From: an uncultured Candidatus Saccharibacteria bacterium
Lineage (GTDB): Bacteria; Patescibacteriota; Minisyncoccia; 2-02-FULL-40-12; GWA2-44-9
Direction of reading: 5' to 3'
Assembly (NCBI GenBank): GCA_964513645.1
Contig: CAZENF010000004.1
Coordinates: forward strand, 1 to 58,406
DNA: 58,406 bases
Below the pieces are notes generated by a model. That model did no database searches, was not told where the DNA came from, and was given only the letters and a program-made list of their open reading frames with translations. The first letter of the stretch is position 1; every line of letters starts with the position of its first letter. The translations under genes and the position numbers were made by a program. Of the stretch, positions 28,024 to 38,087 are shown in pieces.

Positions 28024-30903
28024 CTAATTACACACTCCGGTTGTGGTAAAGCAATTCGGACACGAATAACACGAGCCAGCGCGAATCATCAGCGAACCGC
28101 AATTGACACAAGCTGGGGCGCTCGCCTCGCCCGCCTCGCTGAAGACGCGAGTCGAGGTTGGGCTGTAGCTATGGCGAAGCGGGTCAGCATTGGTCACTAC
28201 GGTCGTTTCAACATATTGATGTTGATTAGCAGATGCCAGAACTGGTTCATTTTTTTCAGACTGAACAGAAATATCGCCATTTGAGTTATAAGCACCCACT
28301 TGAGTAGCTGGCCCGAAGATTTCCTCACGGTCTTTTTCATTGAGATATCTCATACCGACATAGCGGAAAATATAATCCATTATTGACTTAGCTGTCGGAA
28401 TATCTGGGTTGTTAGTGAATCCAGCCGGTTCAAAACGAACATCTTTAAATTTCCTGACCAAGGTTTTAAGCGGCACACCAGATTGCAAACACATCGAAAC
28501 CAAAGTTGCGATCGTATCAAAAAGTCCGGAGATAGTACTTCCTTCTTTGGCAGTAGTGATAAATGTTTCACCAGGCTGTTTACTGTCCGGATAAAACCCG
28601 ACAGTAAGATAGCTCTCGAAACCACCTACCGAAAACTTGTGGGTTATCGAGGGCCGTTCGTCCGGAAGTTTAACCCTTGTATAGCCATTGGTCTTTTCAA
28701 CTAATTTTTCGTCCTTTGAAGTATTAAGCGGTTGAATAGATTTGCACCCATCTCGGTAAACAGCGATTGCCTTAAGGCCTAACTTCCAGCCCTGAACAAA
28801 AACATCCTTAATGTCTTCACGGGTAGCGTCATTCGGCAGATTAACCGTTTTGGAGATCGCACCTGAAATGAACGGCTGAGCGGCAGCCATCATTTTAACA
28901 TGGCCCATGTAATGGATACTGCGTATTCCGTTAGCAGCTTTGAAAGAACAATCAAATATCGGCAGATCTTCTTCGAGTAAATGGGGGGCGCCTTCAATGG
29001 TTTCATTTTCTAAAAGGTATTCGGAAATATTTCCGATCTGTTCCTCGGAATAACCCAATTTTTGAAGTGCTTTCTTAACTTGGTTATTTACTAATTTAAG
29101 AGTGCCGCCGCCGACAAGTTTTTTGTATTTAACTAAGGCCAATTCGGGTTCTACTCCGGTAGTATCACAATCCATAAGAAAAGCGATTGTTCCGGTCGGA
29201 GCCAAGACCGTCACCTGTGAATTCCGAATCCCGTATTTCTTGCCTAAAGTAAGAGCATCGTTCCAAACTATTCTTGAATAATTTAATAACTCATCATCTT
29301 CGGTCGAAAGTTTAACCGACTTGCGGTAAAGTCTTTCAGCTTCTTCGGTATGCTTTTCTATTACGCCCAGCATCGGTTCCTTGTTAAGCTGATAACCATT
29401 AAACGGCCCTTTTATATCGGCGATAAGAGCCGACATCCGATAAGCCTCTCCGCACATAAGTGAGGTCAGTTGCCCCGCAACCGCCCTGCCCTTTTCCGAA
29501 TCATAAGGCAAACCCAGAACCATCAACAAGGAACCGAGGTTGGCATAACCAAGCCCTAATTCCCTGAAATTATGTGCATTAGTACCGATCTTTTCTGTCG
29601 GATAAGAAGAATTATCAACAACAATATCTTGAGCCAAGATCATAGTGTCAACCGCTTTACGGTAAAGATCGGCATCGATTCGGCCGTCTTCATTCAAAAA
29701 TTTTAGTAAATTAAGCGAAGCTAAATTACAGGCGCTGTTGTCGAGATGCATGTATTCTGAACATGGATTAGAGGCATTGATACGGCCGGTATTAGGACAG
29801 GTATGCCAGTCATTGATAGTCGTATCGTATTGAACTCCCGGATCGGCGCTTTCCCAGGCAGCATCCGCCATCCAATCCATAACTTCCCGAGCTCTCACCC
29901 TTTCCATCGCTTCTCCACTGGTGACAGCTTTAAGATTCCAAAGAGAGTCATTTTCAACCGCACGCATAAAGTCATTGGTTACCCTGACCGAATTATTGGC
30001 ATTCTGGTAAGGAAGCAAGGTATAGGGGTCAAAAATATCCGCTTCAATAGAATCTTTTATTCCCGACTGAGCCAAAGCTTTGGTCATGTCTTCGATTATT
30101 TTTTTACAGTAAATAAAATTCTTAACATCCGGATGGTCGACATTCAGAACCACCATCTTGGCTGCCCGCCTGGTTGTGCCACCTGAACGAATAGAATTAG
30201 CAACACCGTCAGCGCCCTTCATGAACGAGACCGGCCCTGAAGAATAGCCACCTTTAGATAAGGGTTCGCGCGATGATCTTAATTTTGAAAGATTTGTTCC
30301 TGAACCTGAACCGTATTTGAATATCCAGCCCTCATCCCGATACCAATCAAGAATAGACTGCATATTGTCTTCAACGGCAAGAATGAAACAGGCGCTACAT
30401 TGGGGTTTGGCATGAACCCCGACATTGAACCAAACCGGGCTGTTGAACGCGGCATACTGGTTTATAAGTATCCATTTCAGATCGAGGGAGAAATTTTCAG
30501 CATCCTCGGCAGAAGCAAAATATCCGTCTTTCAATCCCCATTTAGTGATAGTGTTCGAAACCCTGTCTACCATTTCCCGGGCGCTATACTCTCTGTCCGA
30601 TGAATTAAGCTGGCCGCGGAAATACTTCGAAGCAACTATATCTGTTGCGGTCTGGGTCCAAAATGCCGGAACCTCAACACCGTTCTGTTCAAAAACAACA
30701 GTCCCGTCGCCCTTAGTTATCCTGGCACTTCTTTTTTCCCATTCGATCTCGTCATAAGGATGTCCGGTACCGAACAGTCTCGGCCAGACAAAACCTGTTT
30801 TATGTAATCCGTTACCGGGAACAGCATCTTCTATCGTACTCTCGTAATCCATCGGTTCATATTCGACCGTCTGAAGTTGCTTGCGCTGGTAGTTCTGTTC
30901 CAT
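28024..30903 (-). CDS. nrdJ: Class II (adenosylcobalamin-dependent) ribonucleotide reductase
   Basis: 959 aa with active-site ASNPCSEY...ACNLASLNL and a C-terminal CVNCGS...CYSCPNC zinc-ribbon tail. Confidence 0.9.
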   Translation of the reverse strand: MEQNYQRKQLQTVEYEPMDYESTIEDAVPGNGLHKTGFVWPRLFGTGHPYDEIEWEKRSARITKGDGTVVFEQNGVEVPAFWTQTATDIVASKYFRGQLNSSDREYSAREMVDRVSNTITKWGLKDGYFASAEDAENFSLDLKWILINQYAAFNSPVWFNVGVHAKPQCSACFILAVEDNMQSILDWYRDEGWIFKYGSGSGTNLSKLRSSREPLSKGGYSSGPVSFMKGADGVANSIRSGGTTRRAAKMVVLNVDHPDVKNFIYCKKIIEDMTKALAQSGIKDSIEADIFDPYTLLPYQNANNSVRVTNDFMRAVENDSLWNLKAVTSGEAMERVRAREVMDWMADAAWESADPGVQYDTTINDWHTCPNTGRINASNPCSEYMHLDNSACNLASLNLLKFLNEDGRIDADLYRKAVDTMILAQDIVVDNSSYPTEKIGTNAHNFRELGLGYANLGSLLMVLGLPYDSEKGRAVAGQLTSLMCGEAYRMSALIADIKGPFNGYQLNKEPMLGVIEKHTEEAERLYRKSVKLSTEDDELLNYSRIVWNDALTLGKKYGIRNSQVTVLAPTGTIAFLMDCDTTGVEPELALVKYKKLVGGGTLKLVNNQVKKALQKLGYSEEQIGNISEYLLENETIEGAPHLLEEDLPIFDCSFKAANGIRSIHYMGHVKMMAAAQPFISGAISKTVNLPNDATREDIKDVFVQGWKLGLKAIAVYRDGCKSIQPLNTSKDEKLVEKTNGYTRVKLPDERPSITHKFSVGGFESYLTVGFYPDSKQPGETFITTAKEGSTISGLFDTIATLVSMCLQSGVPLKTLVRKFKDVRFEPAGFTNNPDIPTAKSIMDYIFRYVGMRYLNEKDREEIFGPATQVGAYNSNGDISVQSEKNEPVLASANQHQYVETTVVTNADPLRHSYSPTSTRVFSEAGEASAPACVNCGSLMIRAGSCYSCPNCFTTTGVCN

Positions 30904-31123
30904 AAATATTAATTTAATTTATTAATGTATAATTAAAAATAATTTTTGACAATAGACCCCGCTAAGGCGGGTAAAATTGCCTTCTAAAGAAGTTTTAAGC
31001 CCGCTTAAAAGCGGACTTTATTCAGCTTGAGTGTCTTATTGTTAAACATACACTCATTAATTTTATTCTAACTCCACTACAAACTTTTTCAAGACTAAAA
31101 AAAGTGGATAAGTAGAAAAATTT

Positions 31124-31156
31124 AATAAAATAACCGCATTTTGCGGTTATTTTATT
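31124..31156 (-). terminator. Terminator after ftsZ
   Basis: AATAAAATAACCGC-ATTTT-GCGGTTATTTTATT. Confidence 0.65.
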
Positions 31157-31162
31157 AATAGT

Positions 31163-32332
31163 TTATTTCATTTTCCTACGTATGAATGCTGGGATGTCAA
31201 AATCCTCTTCCATTGCGGTCGGGTCAACGAATTCCTTGACCGAACCGTTGCCGTTTCCATTGTTCTGATGCTGGTGAGATACTACGGGATTAATTACGGG
31301 TGCTCTTTTTTCCGGTTGGTTATCAAAAAGATTGGGTCTTTGCTGGAGAATAGCCGGCCTTGGTTGAACAGCATGGCCGTTGTTAAATCCAGTGGCTACG
31401 ACGGTAATTTTTATTTCCCCTCTTTTAAGTTTATCGTCCAAAACAGCGCCGAATATGACTTTGGCATCTGGGTCAATATGTTCTGTGATTATCCGTGCCG
31501 CTTCATTTATTTCCGCCATTGCCAGGTCTGTTCCGCCGGATACATTGAACAAAACACCTTTAGCACCGTCGATCGAAACTTCAAGCAACGGAGAATTAAT
31601 AGCCATCTTGGCCGCTTCTATCGCCCTATCTTCTCCGGTTGCACGACCGATACCCATCAAGGCAGAACCCGAATTCGCCATCACTGCCTTAACATCGGCA
31701 AAGTCAACGTTAATTATTCCGGGAATAGTTATAAGGTCAGAAATTCCTTGAACACCTTGTCTCAAAACATCATCAACGATCGCAAAAGATTCAAGTAACG
31801 GAGTTTTACGGTCAATTATAGAAAGAAGTCTGTCGTTGGGAATTGTTATCAAAGCGTCGACTTTTTCACGTAAAGCATGCCATCCGTCTTCGGCAATTCT
31901 CATTCTTTGAGCGCCCTCGAACATAAACGGCTTAGTGACGACACCGACAGTAAGAGCGCCGACGTCTTTGGCAATTTCAGCGACTATCGGTGCGGCACCT
32001 GTACCGGTACCTCCGCCAAGACCGCAGGTTATAAAAACCATATCCGAACCTTTGAGAGCGGTGCTTATTTCTTCTTTGGTATCTATCGCCGCCTGTTTGC
32101 CGATATCAGGATTCATCCCCGCCCCTAATCCTTTTGTTAAACTTTTACCGATATGAATCTTGGTCGGAGCATTAGTGTTGTGCAAAGATTGGGCATCCGT
32201 ATTAACCGCAATAAACTCAACGCCATGTATCCTGGCCTCGATCATTCTTGCCAGAGCGTTTCCGCCGCCGCCGCCACAACCGACAACTTTTATCCTGGCA
32301 AATGTTTCAAATAGTGGTTTTATCTGAGCCAT
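31163..32332 (-). CDS. ftsZ: Cell division protein FtsZ
   Basis: Tubulin signature [10 protein letters not shown]. Confidence 0.97.
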   Translation of the reverse strand: MAQIKPLFETFARIKVVGCGGGGGNALARMIEARIHGVEFIAVNTDAQSLHNTNAPTKIHIGKSLTKGLGAGMNPDIGKQAAIDTKEEISTALKGSDMVFITCGLGGGTGTGAAPIVAEIAKDVGALTVGVVTKPFMFEGAQRMRIAEDGWHALREKVDALITIPNDRLLSIIDRKTPLLESFAIVDDVLRQGVQGISDLITIPGIINVDFADVKAVMANSGSALMGIGRATGEDRAIEAAKMAINSPLLEVSIDGAKGVLFNVSGGTDLAMAEINEAARIITEHIDPDAKVIFGAVLDDKLKRGEIKITVVATGFNNGHAVQPRPAILQQRPNLFDNQPEKRAPVINPVVSHQHQNNGNGNGSVKEFVDPTAMEEDFDIPAFIRRKMK

Positions 32333-32437
32333 AATTTATCTTGTATTTATCACAAAAAAAATTAACTAGCAAATTTTTACGCTAATTATGTGGATAACTT
32401 GTTTATAAAGAGATTCGGCCTAATAGACCCCTTGATA

Positions 32438-33682
32438 TTAAGGCATAAAATTCTTAAGCCAATCGGTCATTTTTTTGAAAGATTCATTCGAATTTCCTCC
32501 GCCCGAACCCTTAGTATTGTAACCTCCATCTTCCTGTTCCATTCCCCACATAACCGCACCCATGGCCACAGAAAATGCTGGATCATCAACAACTTCGGCC
32601 ATGCCCTCAAAGTGAACTGACCTTGCTATTTTGACGGGTAAACGGAGCTTTTCTTTCGCCAGTAGCGCCAGGCCTGGCAAATTTACCCCGCCGCCCGAAA
32701 GAACCACACCAGCCGGCAGAATCCCAACCTTAGAAATTTTCTTCAGCTCATTATTAACAATATCAAATAATTCATGGGCTCTGGCATCGATAACCCGGAT
32801 TATCTGTTTCTTGGGTATTATATATTCCTGTTCTCCAACTAACTCTGAAAGATCAACATCCCCTCTCTTACGCTTATCATCGGCCTCGGAAGTAGAGCCA
32901 TGTTCGAGTTTTATTCTTTCCGCAACATCCAAGGATGTCCGGAGTAAAACCGCGAGATCATTCGTAATGTGGCGTGAACCTATCGGCAATATCGAACTCC
33001 GAAGAAGATCAGCTTCTTCAAAAACAGTCATACTCGAAGTTCCTCCGCCGAAATCAATATTAATTACACCGTACTCTTTCTGGTTCTTATCGAGGACGGA
33101 CAAAGAAGAAGCTATAGGAGCATAAACCCGGCCAATCACTTCAATATTATTTTCTTCAACGCATTTAACAATATTCCTTAGATAAGGAGAGAGTCCGTCT
33201 ACTATCAAAACATCGGCTTCGAGTCGGACGCCTTTCATGCCTAACGGGTTTTTAACATATTCGGTGCCGTCTACGATAAAATTCCTTGGGATGACATGGA
33301 TTATTTCTCTGTTCGGCGGCAGACTGACCACGGAAGCGGCTTTGATAACTCGATCGATATCGCTTTGGGTAATTTCATTATCCGGTCTTGAAACAGCGAT
33401 CACACCCCGCGACATCTGAGTATTAATATGCAGGCCGCTGATGGCAAGATAAGCTTTTTTTATCGGGAAGCTAGCCATGGCTTCGGCCCTTTGTGAAGCT
33501 GAGCGCACATTATCTATTGTTTCCTCCATATCAACCACGATACCGCGCCGCAAACCATTAGACGGGCCGCTTCCCCAGCCGATTATTTGAGGTCTTGAAT
33601 TATCACCCTCCACCTTGGCGACAACTATCTTAACTTGAGAATTGCCTATATCAATTCCTGTAATTATATGGGGTCTGGGCAT
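32438..33682 (-). CDS. ftsA: Cell division protein FtsA
   Basis: 414-aa actin-like ATPase (GIDIGNSQVK, DFGGGTS) immediately upstream of ftsZ. Confidence 0.9.
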   Translation of the reverse strand: MPRPHIITGIDIGNSQVKIVVAKVEGDNSRPQIIGWGSGPSNGLRRGIVVDMEETIDNVRSASQRAEAMASFPIKKAYLAISGLHINTQMSRGVIAVSRPDNEITQSDIDRVIKAASVVSLPPNREIIHVIPRNFIVDGTEYVKNPLGMKGVRLEADVLIVDGLSPYLRNIVKCVEENNIEVIGRVYAPIASSLSVLDKNQKEYGVINIDFGGGTSSMTVFEEADLLRSSILPIGSRHITNDLAVLLRTSLDVAERIKLEHGSTSEADDKRKRGDVDLSELVGEQEYIIPKKQIIRVIDARAHELFDIVNNELKKISKVGILPAGVVLSGGGVNLPGLALLAKEKLRLPVKIARSVHFEGMAEVVDDPAFSVAMGAVMWGMEQEDGGYNTKGSGGGNSNESFKKMTDWLKNFMP

Positions 33683-33689
33683 TAAAATT

Positions 33690-34163
33690 TTATTTATTCA
33701 ATGAGGTTAATATTTTGTCTTCTAATTCAAGCATTTTCTTTTCTTCGGCCTTTGATGTTTCATGGTCATATCCTATCAAATGCAAAAAACCATGCGCAGT
33801 CAGGCGTGCAAGTTTTCTTTCTATATCTATATTTTCCCTCTTTGCCTCTTTTTTTGCAAATGGCAGACAGATGAACACATCGCCCAAGTCACCAACTTTG
33901 GTCTTGGGATCATGAATTTCTTTTTTTTCTGCCATCGGAAAGGATAAAACGTCGGTGACCCTATCTTTGTGCCGGTATTTATTGTTCAAACTTCTTATCT
34001 TCCGTCCTTCTACTAAGCTGACGCTGACCTGTATATTTTTATTACGAAGTCCGGTCGTTTTTACAACGGAATTTAAAACTTTCTCAAAAAACCTTGAAGA
34101 ATATTTTTTGTCAGAGGTCGAATTTTGAAAAACTATCTCCATATTGTGCATTGATTTTATCAT
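33690..34163 (-). CDS. ybeY: rRNA maturation endoribonuclease YbeY
   Basis: HGFLHLIGYDHE metal-binding motif. Confidence 0.9.
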   Translation of the reverse strand: MIKSMHNMEIVFQNSTSDKKYSSRFFEKVLNSVVKTTGLRNKNIQVSVSLVEGRKIRSLNNKYRHKDRVTDVLSFPMAEKKEIHDPKTKVGDLGDVFICLPFAKKEAKRENIDIERKLARLTAHGFLHLIGYDHETSKAEEKKMLELEDKILTSLNK

Positions 34164-34183
34164 AGAAATAAAAAAACTACCAT

Positions 34184-34495
34184 TTAGGTAGCTTCGTCAC
34201 GAAAAGCGTTGTGATGAAGAGTGAGAATATTTTTCTTTAAAGATGGGTCTCCGGAAAATAGTCTATTCACAACCTCGGTTCTTAACTTAAGTTCCGCAAT
34301 AGGCGCTAAAAATTCTTTATTATTAAGAGCTCTTGTCAGGTCTTTTTTATCCAGCCCGATCAACTCAGCCGCTTCAGATTTATTTATCCCGATATGCCTC
34401 ATTAAAAGAGCTATTTCTTCACCTTTTAAGTGGCGATTAAGTATCAGCATCTCGGAAAGGCCGATCCGGCTCTCGTGATGTTTTGTGTCTGTCAT
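34184..34495 (-). CDS. Hypothetical HTH-containing 103-aa protein
   Basis: HTH-like segment INKSEAAELIGLDKKDLTRAL. Confidence 0.5.
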   Translation of the reverse strand: MTDTKHHESRIGLSEMLILNRHLKGEEIALLMRHIGINKSEAAELIGLDKKDLTRALNNKEFLAPIAELKLRTEVVNRLFSGDPSLKKNILTLHHNAFRDEAT

Positions 34496-34536
34496 TTACC
34501 CCCTCTTCAATTCCGGTTAATAATAAAGTATTTTTA

Positions 34537-34585
34537 AAGAATTGTCAAAATAACCGGGTTTAACCCGGTTATTTTGACAATTCTT
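34537..34585 (-). terminator. 22-bp perfect palindrome overlapping the yqeY stop
   Basis: AAGAATTGTCAAAATAACCGGG-TTTAA-CCCGGTTATTTTGACAATTCTT. The right arm encodes the last codons (...EELSK*). Confidence 0.6.
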
Positions 34586-35060
34586 CTTTAACTAATTTAC
34601 TTACAAGTTGGCCGTCCGCTTTACCTTTAACTTTGGCCATTACAGCACCTATGACCTTACCCATATCTTTGGGACTGGAGGCTCCGGTCTGAGAAATCGC
34701 TTTTCTAACCTCTGCCCTTATATCATCTTCGGACATCTGTTCCGGCATGTACGTCATTAATATATCTATCTCGGCTTTTTCCTTGGCCGCCAGTTCCGGC
34801 CGGCCGCCTTTCTCGTATTGTTCTATTGAATCTCGTCTTTTTTTCATTTCAGAACTTAGAACTTCGATAATCTCTTCGTCGTTTATTTTACTTTCTTCTT
34901 CAAGCTTAGTCGCATCCGGTTGAGACTTGCTAAGCTTTGTCCTTTTCTCAAGTTCTCTTGTTTTAATTGCGCTTAAAACCAAACTCAAAACCATCCGCTT
35001 TTCGGAATTACCCGACTTGAGAGCTTCTTTAACGTCACTACTAAGTTTTTCTTTTAACAT
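34569..35060 (-). CDS. GatB/YqeY domain protein
   Basis: 163 aa starting LKEKLSSDVKEALKSG, with a YqeY-like helical repeat. Confidence 0.75.
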   Translation of the reverse strand: MLKEKLSSDVKEALKSGNSEKRMVLSLVLSAIKTRELEKRTKLSKSQPDATKLEEESKINDEEIIEVLSSEMKKRRDSIEQYEKGGRPELAAKEKAEIDILMTYMPEQMSEDDIRAEVRKAISQTGASSPKDMGKVIGAVMAKVKGKADGQLVSKLVKEELSK

Positions 35061-35072
35061 TATCGGATTATA

Positions 35073-35339
35073 CTACAGATTAAGTTCCTGTTTAAGTTTG
35101 CGCTTCTCTTCTTCGAAAGTATCATCATCATATTTGCCGAGCTTCTCAAGCTTCTTGCGCAGATGACTTAAATGCATGCCCATAATTGCGGCGTTCTTCT
35201 CTTTTCTCTCGGTTACATTCTTGGCCCGGTATTGTGATTTTTTTGCCTTAACCAAAACCCCGCTTTGCTGGACAAAACGGTTGAACCGGCGCATTAAGCT
35301 ACCGATAGATTCATTTGGTTTTCTTTTTACTTCAACCAT
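35073..35339 (-). CDS. rpsU: 30S ribosomal protein S21
   Basis: Starts MVEVKRKPNESIGSLMRRFNRFVQQSG. Start placed at ATG 35339, 6 nt after SD AAGGAGG (rc 35346-35352). The ORF-track start at 35378 reads into a hairpin. Confidence 0.88.
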   Translation of the reverse strand: MVEVKRKPNESIGSLMRRFNRFVQQSGVLVKAKKSQYRAKNVTERKEKNAAIMGMHLSHLRKKLEKLGKYDDDTFEEEKRKLKQELNL

Positions 35340-35353
35340 AAATAACCTCCTTT

Positions 35354-35557
35354 CAAATTTGTCCGCGAGGATTTGCAATCCTTGCAGACGAGCGGGTACA
35401 AATTTGAGGACCCCGCACCATCTGGGCTCAAAGTATGTGCTATCACATTACTTTAGCCGTAAGGCGGCTATCGCCTTTTTACCTTCTGAAATATATAACC
35501 TTGATTCCAGATGGTGCGGGGTAAGGTGCCGTAGCGAATCGCTACGCTCTTCGACGG
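35354..35557 (-). promoter_or_regulatory. ~200-nt multi-hairpin rpsU leader
   Basis: Three units. The first is 35354-35406 (CAAATTTGTCCGC.../...GCGGGTACAAATTTG). The second is 35411-35521, bounded by a perfect 15-bp inverted repeat (CCCCGCACCATCTGG/CCAGATGGTGCGGGG). The third is 35527-35558 (GGTGCCGTAGCGAATCGCTACG...GACGGCTACC). Confidence 0.6.
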
Positions 35558-35914
35558 CTACCTTACTATCTTCGGTCCCAGTCTCCTGCCTCCCAATAAA
35601 TGAATATGTAAATGAGGGACTAATTTGCCACCGTACTCTCCTTCGTTGATTATCAAACGATAACCCTTTTCGGCCATATTCATCTGATGAGCAACTTTGT
35701 GGGCAACGATCAACGCCCGGCCTAACAGCCCGTCATTATCACCCTCCATAAAATCTTCAAGGGAGGTAAAATGTTTGACCGGTACTATCAGTAAATGAAT
35801 AGGAGCCTGGGGATTAATGTCTTTAAGAACTATAAACTCCTTGTCTTTGTAGACCGTGTCGCTTTTAATCTCGCCTGCTACGATTTTACAAAATACATCG
35901 TCAATCATTCTCAT
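35558..35914 (-). CDS. HIT family hydrolase
   Basis: Histidine triad HLHIHLLGG. Confidence 0.9.
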   Translation of the reverse strand: MRMIDDVFCKIVAGEIKSDTVYKDKEFIVLKDINPQAPIHLLIVPVKHFTSLEDFMEGDNDGLLGRALIVAHKVAHQMNMAEKGYRLIINEGEYGGKLVPHLHIHLLGGRRLGPKIVR

Positions 35915-35920
35915 CGAGAG

Positions 35921-37204
35921 TTATTTCTTCAACCTCTTCTTAATTTCGTCTACAACTTTTGTCAAAAGTACTGTTTCTTGTATTCCTGTATCCATCTCTC
36001 GAATTATTATTGTACTCTCGAGGGCTTCTTTCTGACCGAATATCAAAGTGTATTTTACCCCTAACCGGTGTGCAATACGAAGCTGGGATTTAATACTGTC
36101 GCGTCCAAAAGATGATTTAACCTCGACTCCGGCCTTGCGCAAGTTTTCGAATAGAACCAGACTTTTCCTCTTGGCGGCATCTCCAAGTTGGGCGAGAAAA
36201 ACTTTGGGCTTAATTCCGATTTCCGGAACCGAAGCATTCTTTTCTTTCAAAGCCAGGATAACCCTCTCCAATCCCATCGCCCATCCGGCGGCAGGAGTTT
36301 TAGGTCCGCCCAAAAAATCTATCAGCCGATCATAGCGGCCGCCCGAAAGAATAGCCGTCTGTGCCCCTGAACCTTCTTCAGGTAAGAATTCAAAAACCGT
36401 CCTGGTGTAATAATCCAATCCCCTGATGAGGTGAGGATTCAAGATATAAGGCGTCTTGGTCTCATCAAGGAATTCAAGAACTTTCTTGAAATGGTTTTTA
36501 CACTCATCGTCGAGAAAATCTACGATCGGCGGAGCATCTTTAGCCACTTCTTTGCAGCCTTCCTCTTTGCAATCAAGCATTTTTAGAACATTTTTCTTAT
36601 ACCTTACCTTACACTGGGGACAAACTTTTTTAAGACGATTCTTGTAAAAATCCTTCAGCGCTCTAAGATAAGCCGGCCGACAGGAAGCGTCACCCATACT
36701 GTTTATATGAACGTTGTAATTATCCAAACCGACAGAATCAAGTATCCGGCAAGCAAGAAATATCAATTCAGCATCAACAACTTCGGTTGCATCTCCTATC
36801 GTTTCAAGTCCCAATTGGTGGAACTGCCGGTAGCGGCCCTGCTGGGGCTGGTCATGGCGGAACATAGGCGCAACGTAATAAAGTTTGACGGGATGAGGCC
36901 GAACATTCATCCCATTCTCAAGATAAGCTCTGACAACTGGAGCGGTGCCTTCAGGACGCAAGGCCAGATCGTCCCCGCCACGAGTTTTAAAGGCATACAT
37001 TTCTTTATCGATAATATCCGTACCTTCTCCGACCGAACGCATAAAAAGCTCGGAAGATTCAACTATCGGTGTTTCTATTTTTTCGAAACTATAATCCTGG
37101 ATCAATGATTCGGCTTTCTTTAAAAGATAATGCCAATATTTCTGGTCTTCCGGCAGAATATCGTGCATTCCTTTTGGCGCTTGTAGTTGTTTTGATTTTG
37201 ACAT
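35921..37204 (-). CDS. hisS: Histidyl-tRNA synthetase
   Basis: 427-aa class II aaRS with LRPEGTAPVVR and GGRYD motifs. Confidence 0.93.
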   Translation of the reverse strand: MSKSKQLQAPKGMHDILPEDQKYWHYLLKKAESLIQDYSFEKIETPIVESSELFMRSVGEGTDIIDKEMYAFKTRGGDDLALRPEGTAPVVRAYLENGMNVRPHPVKLYYVAPMFRHDQPQQGRYRQFHQLGLETIGDATEVVDAELIFLACRILDSVGLDNYNVHINSMGDASCRPAYLRALKDFYKNRLKKVCPQCKVRYKKNVLKMLDCKEEGCKEVAKDAPPIVDFLDDECKNHFKKVLEFLDETKTPYILNPHLIRGLDYYTRTVFEFLPEEGSGAQTAILSGGRYDRLIDFLGGPKTPAAGWAMGLERVILALKEKNASVPEIGIKPKVFLAQLGDAAKRKSLVLFENLRKAGVEVKSSFGRDSIKSQLRIAHRLGVKYTLIFGQKEALESTIIIREMDTGIQETVLLTKVVDEIKKRLKK

Positions 37205-37205
37205 T

Positions 37206-37853
37206 TTAATAATTAACTCTTGGGATAACTTTTAAATCTTGGAAGGGCCATAATCTGACAAAAGCCCGGCCGGTTATATTGCCTGACGGGACAGGACCCC
37301 AGCGGCGTGAATCGGAACTTTGAAGCCGATTGTCACCCATTACGAAAAACTCATTCCCGCCAAGTTTTAATTTCATATCGCCGAGGGTTTGTTGACCATT
37401 GGAAAGATATTTTTCATCAAGCAAGAGACCCTTAGAGTCTTGACCGTTAAAAACAGTTACTTTGTTATCCTTGACCTCGACCGTCTCATTGGGCAGGCCG
37501 ATTATTCTTTTTATATAGAACTGGCTTGGATTCTCGGGATACCGAAAAACGATCACATCCCCTCTTTCCGGCTGTTCAAACCTATAGGTTATCTCGTCGA
37601 TAAGGATGTAATCCCCATCCTGAAAATTGTTCTCCATTGATGCCCCTTTGACGAAGAACGGCTGGACAAGATAATACCTTACCGGAACAATTATGACAAG
37701 ACATATCGCAACGAGCTTAATCGTCTCCCAGATGAAAAGCCAAACTTCGCTTTTTCTTGACCTATCGTGTCCGTCGTTCGGATTTGCTTGCTGTTCTTGA
37801 ACCGCATTCGGACTGGTATTTATTGAATTCAGCACATCCTGTTCTTTAAGCAT
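37206..37853 (-). CDS. lepB: Signal peptidase I
   Basis: GASMENNF (catalytic Ser region) and GDNRLQSSDSR. Confidence 0.9.
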   Translation of the reverse strand: MLKEQDVLNSINTSPNAVQEQQANPNDGHDRSRKSEVWLFIWETIKLVAICLVIIVPVRYYLVQPFFVKGASMENNFQDGDYILIDEITYRFEQPERGDVIVFRYPENPSQFYIKRIIGLPNETVEVKDNKVTVFNGQDSKGLLLDEKYLSNGQQTLGDMKLKLGGNEFFVMGDNRLQSSDSRRWGPVPSGNITGRAFVRLWPFQDLKVIPRVNY

Positions 37854-37908
37854 TCAGATATGATAGCATGGTTTTTCGGTTAATTCAACAAAATAAAAAG
37901 ACCGTTCT

Positions 37909-38040
37909 TCAGCGGTCTTTTTTAAGATTTCTTATTAATCTCATTACCCTATTGCCTAAGATATATTTTTCACCACCCGCAATATTCATAGCAGCTGAAT
38001 ATAAAACTGCGAATGACAGGAGGCCGAACATAAGCTTCAT
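37909..38040 (-). CDS. Possible 43-aa small membrane/secreted peptide
   Basis: Encodes MKLMFGLLSFAVLYSAAMNIAGGEKYILGNRVMRLIRNLKKDR, followed at once by the hairpin AAGACCGCTGAAGAACGGTCTTTTT (37897-37925). Confidence 0.3.
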   Translation of the reverse strand: MKLMFGLLSFAVLYSAAMNIAGGEKYILGNRVMRLIRNLKKDR

Positions 38041-38052
38041 TTTATTGTCACA

Positions 38053-38081
38053 TTGAAAAAGAAAGAAACTAGATATAGAAT
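38053..38081 (+). promoter_or_regulatory. Promoter TTGAAA-17-TAGAAT, 6 nt upstream of the pth ATG
   Basis: 38053-38058 is TTGAAA and 38076-38081 is TAGAAT, followed by GACAGA and ATG at 38088. Confidence 0.5.
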
Positions 38082-38087
38082 GACAGA

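Noticed and set aside
30904-31162. A B12 riboswitch or NrdR boxes upstream of the class II RNR gene.
   Set aside because: No B12-box-like conserved core and no tandem NrdR-type palindromes are visible. The hairpins there look like ftsZ terminators sitting upstream of a TTGTCA promoter candidate with a -10-like element 16-17 nt downstream.
32389-32397. Perfect DnaA-box TTATCCACA (rc) between ftsA and ftsZ, plus an 8/9 box at about 31105-31113, considered as a possible origin.
   Set aside because: These are only two isolated boxes, with no dnaA or dnaN, no AT-rich unwinding cluster and no box array. Chance or a local regulatory site is more likely.
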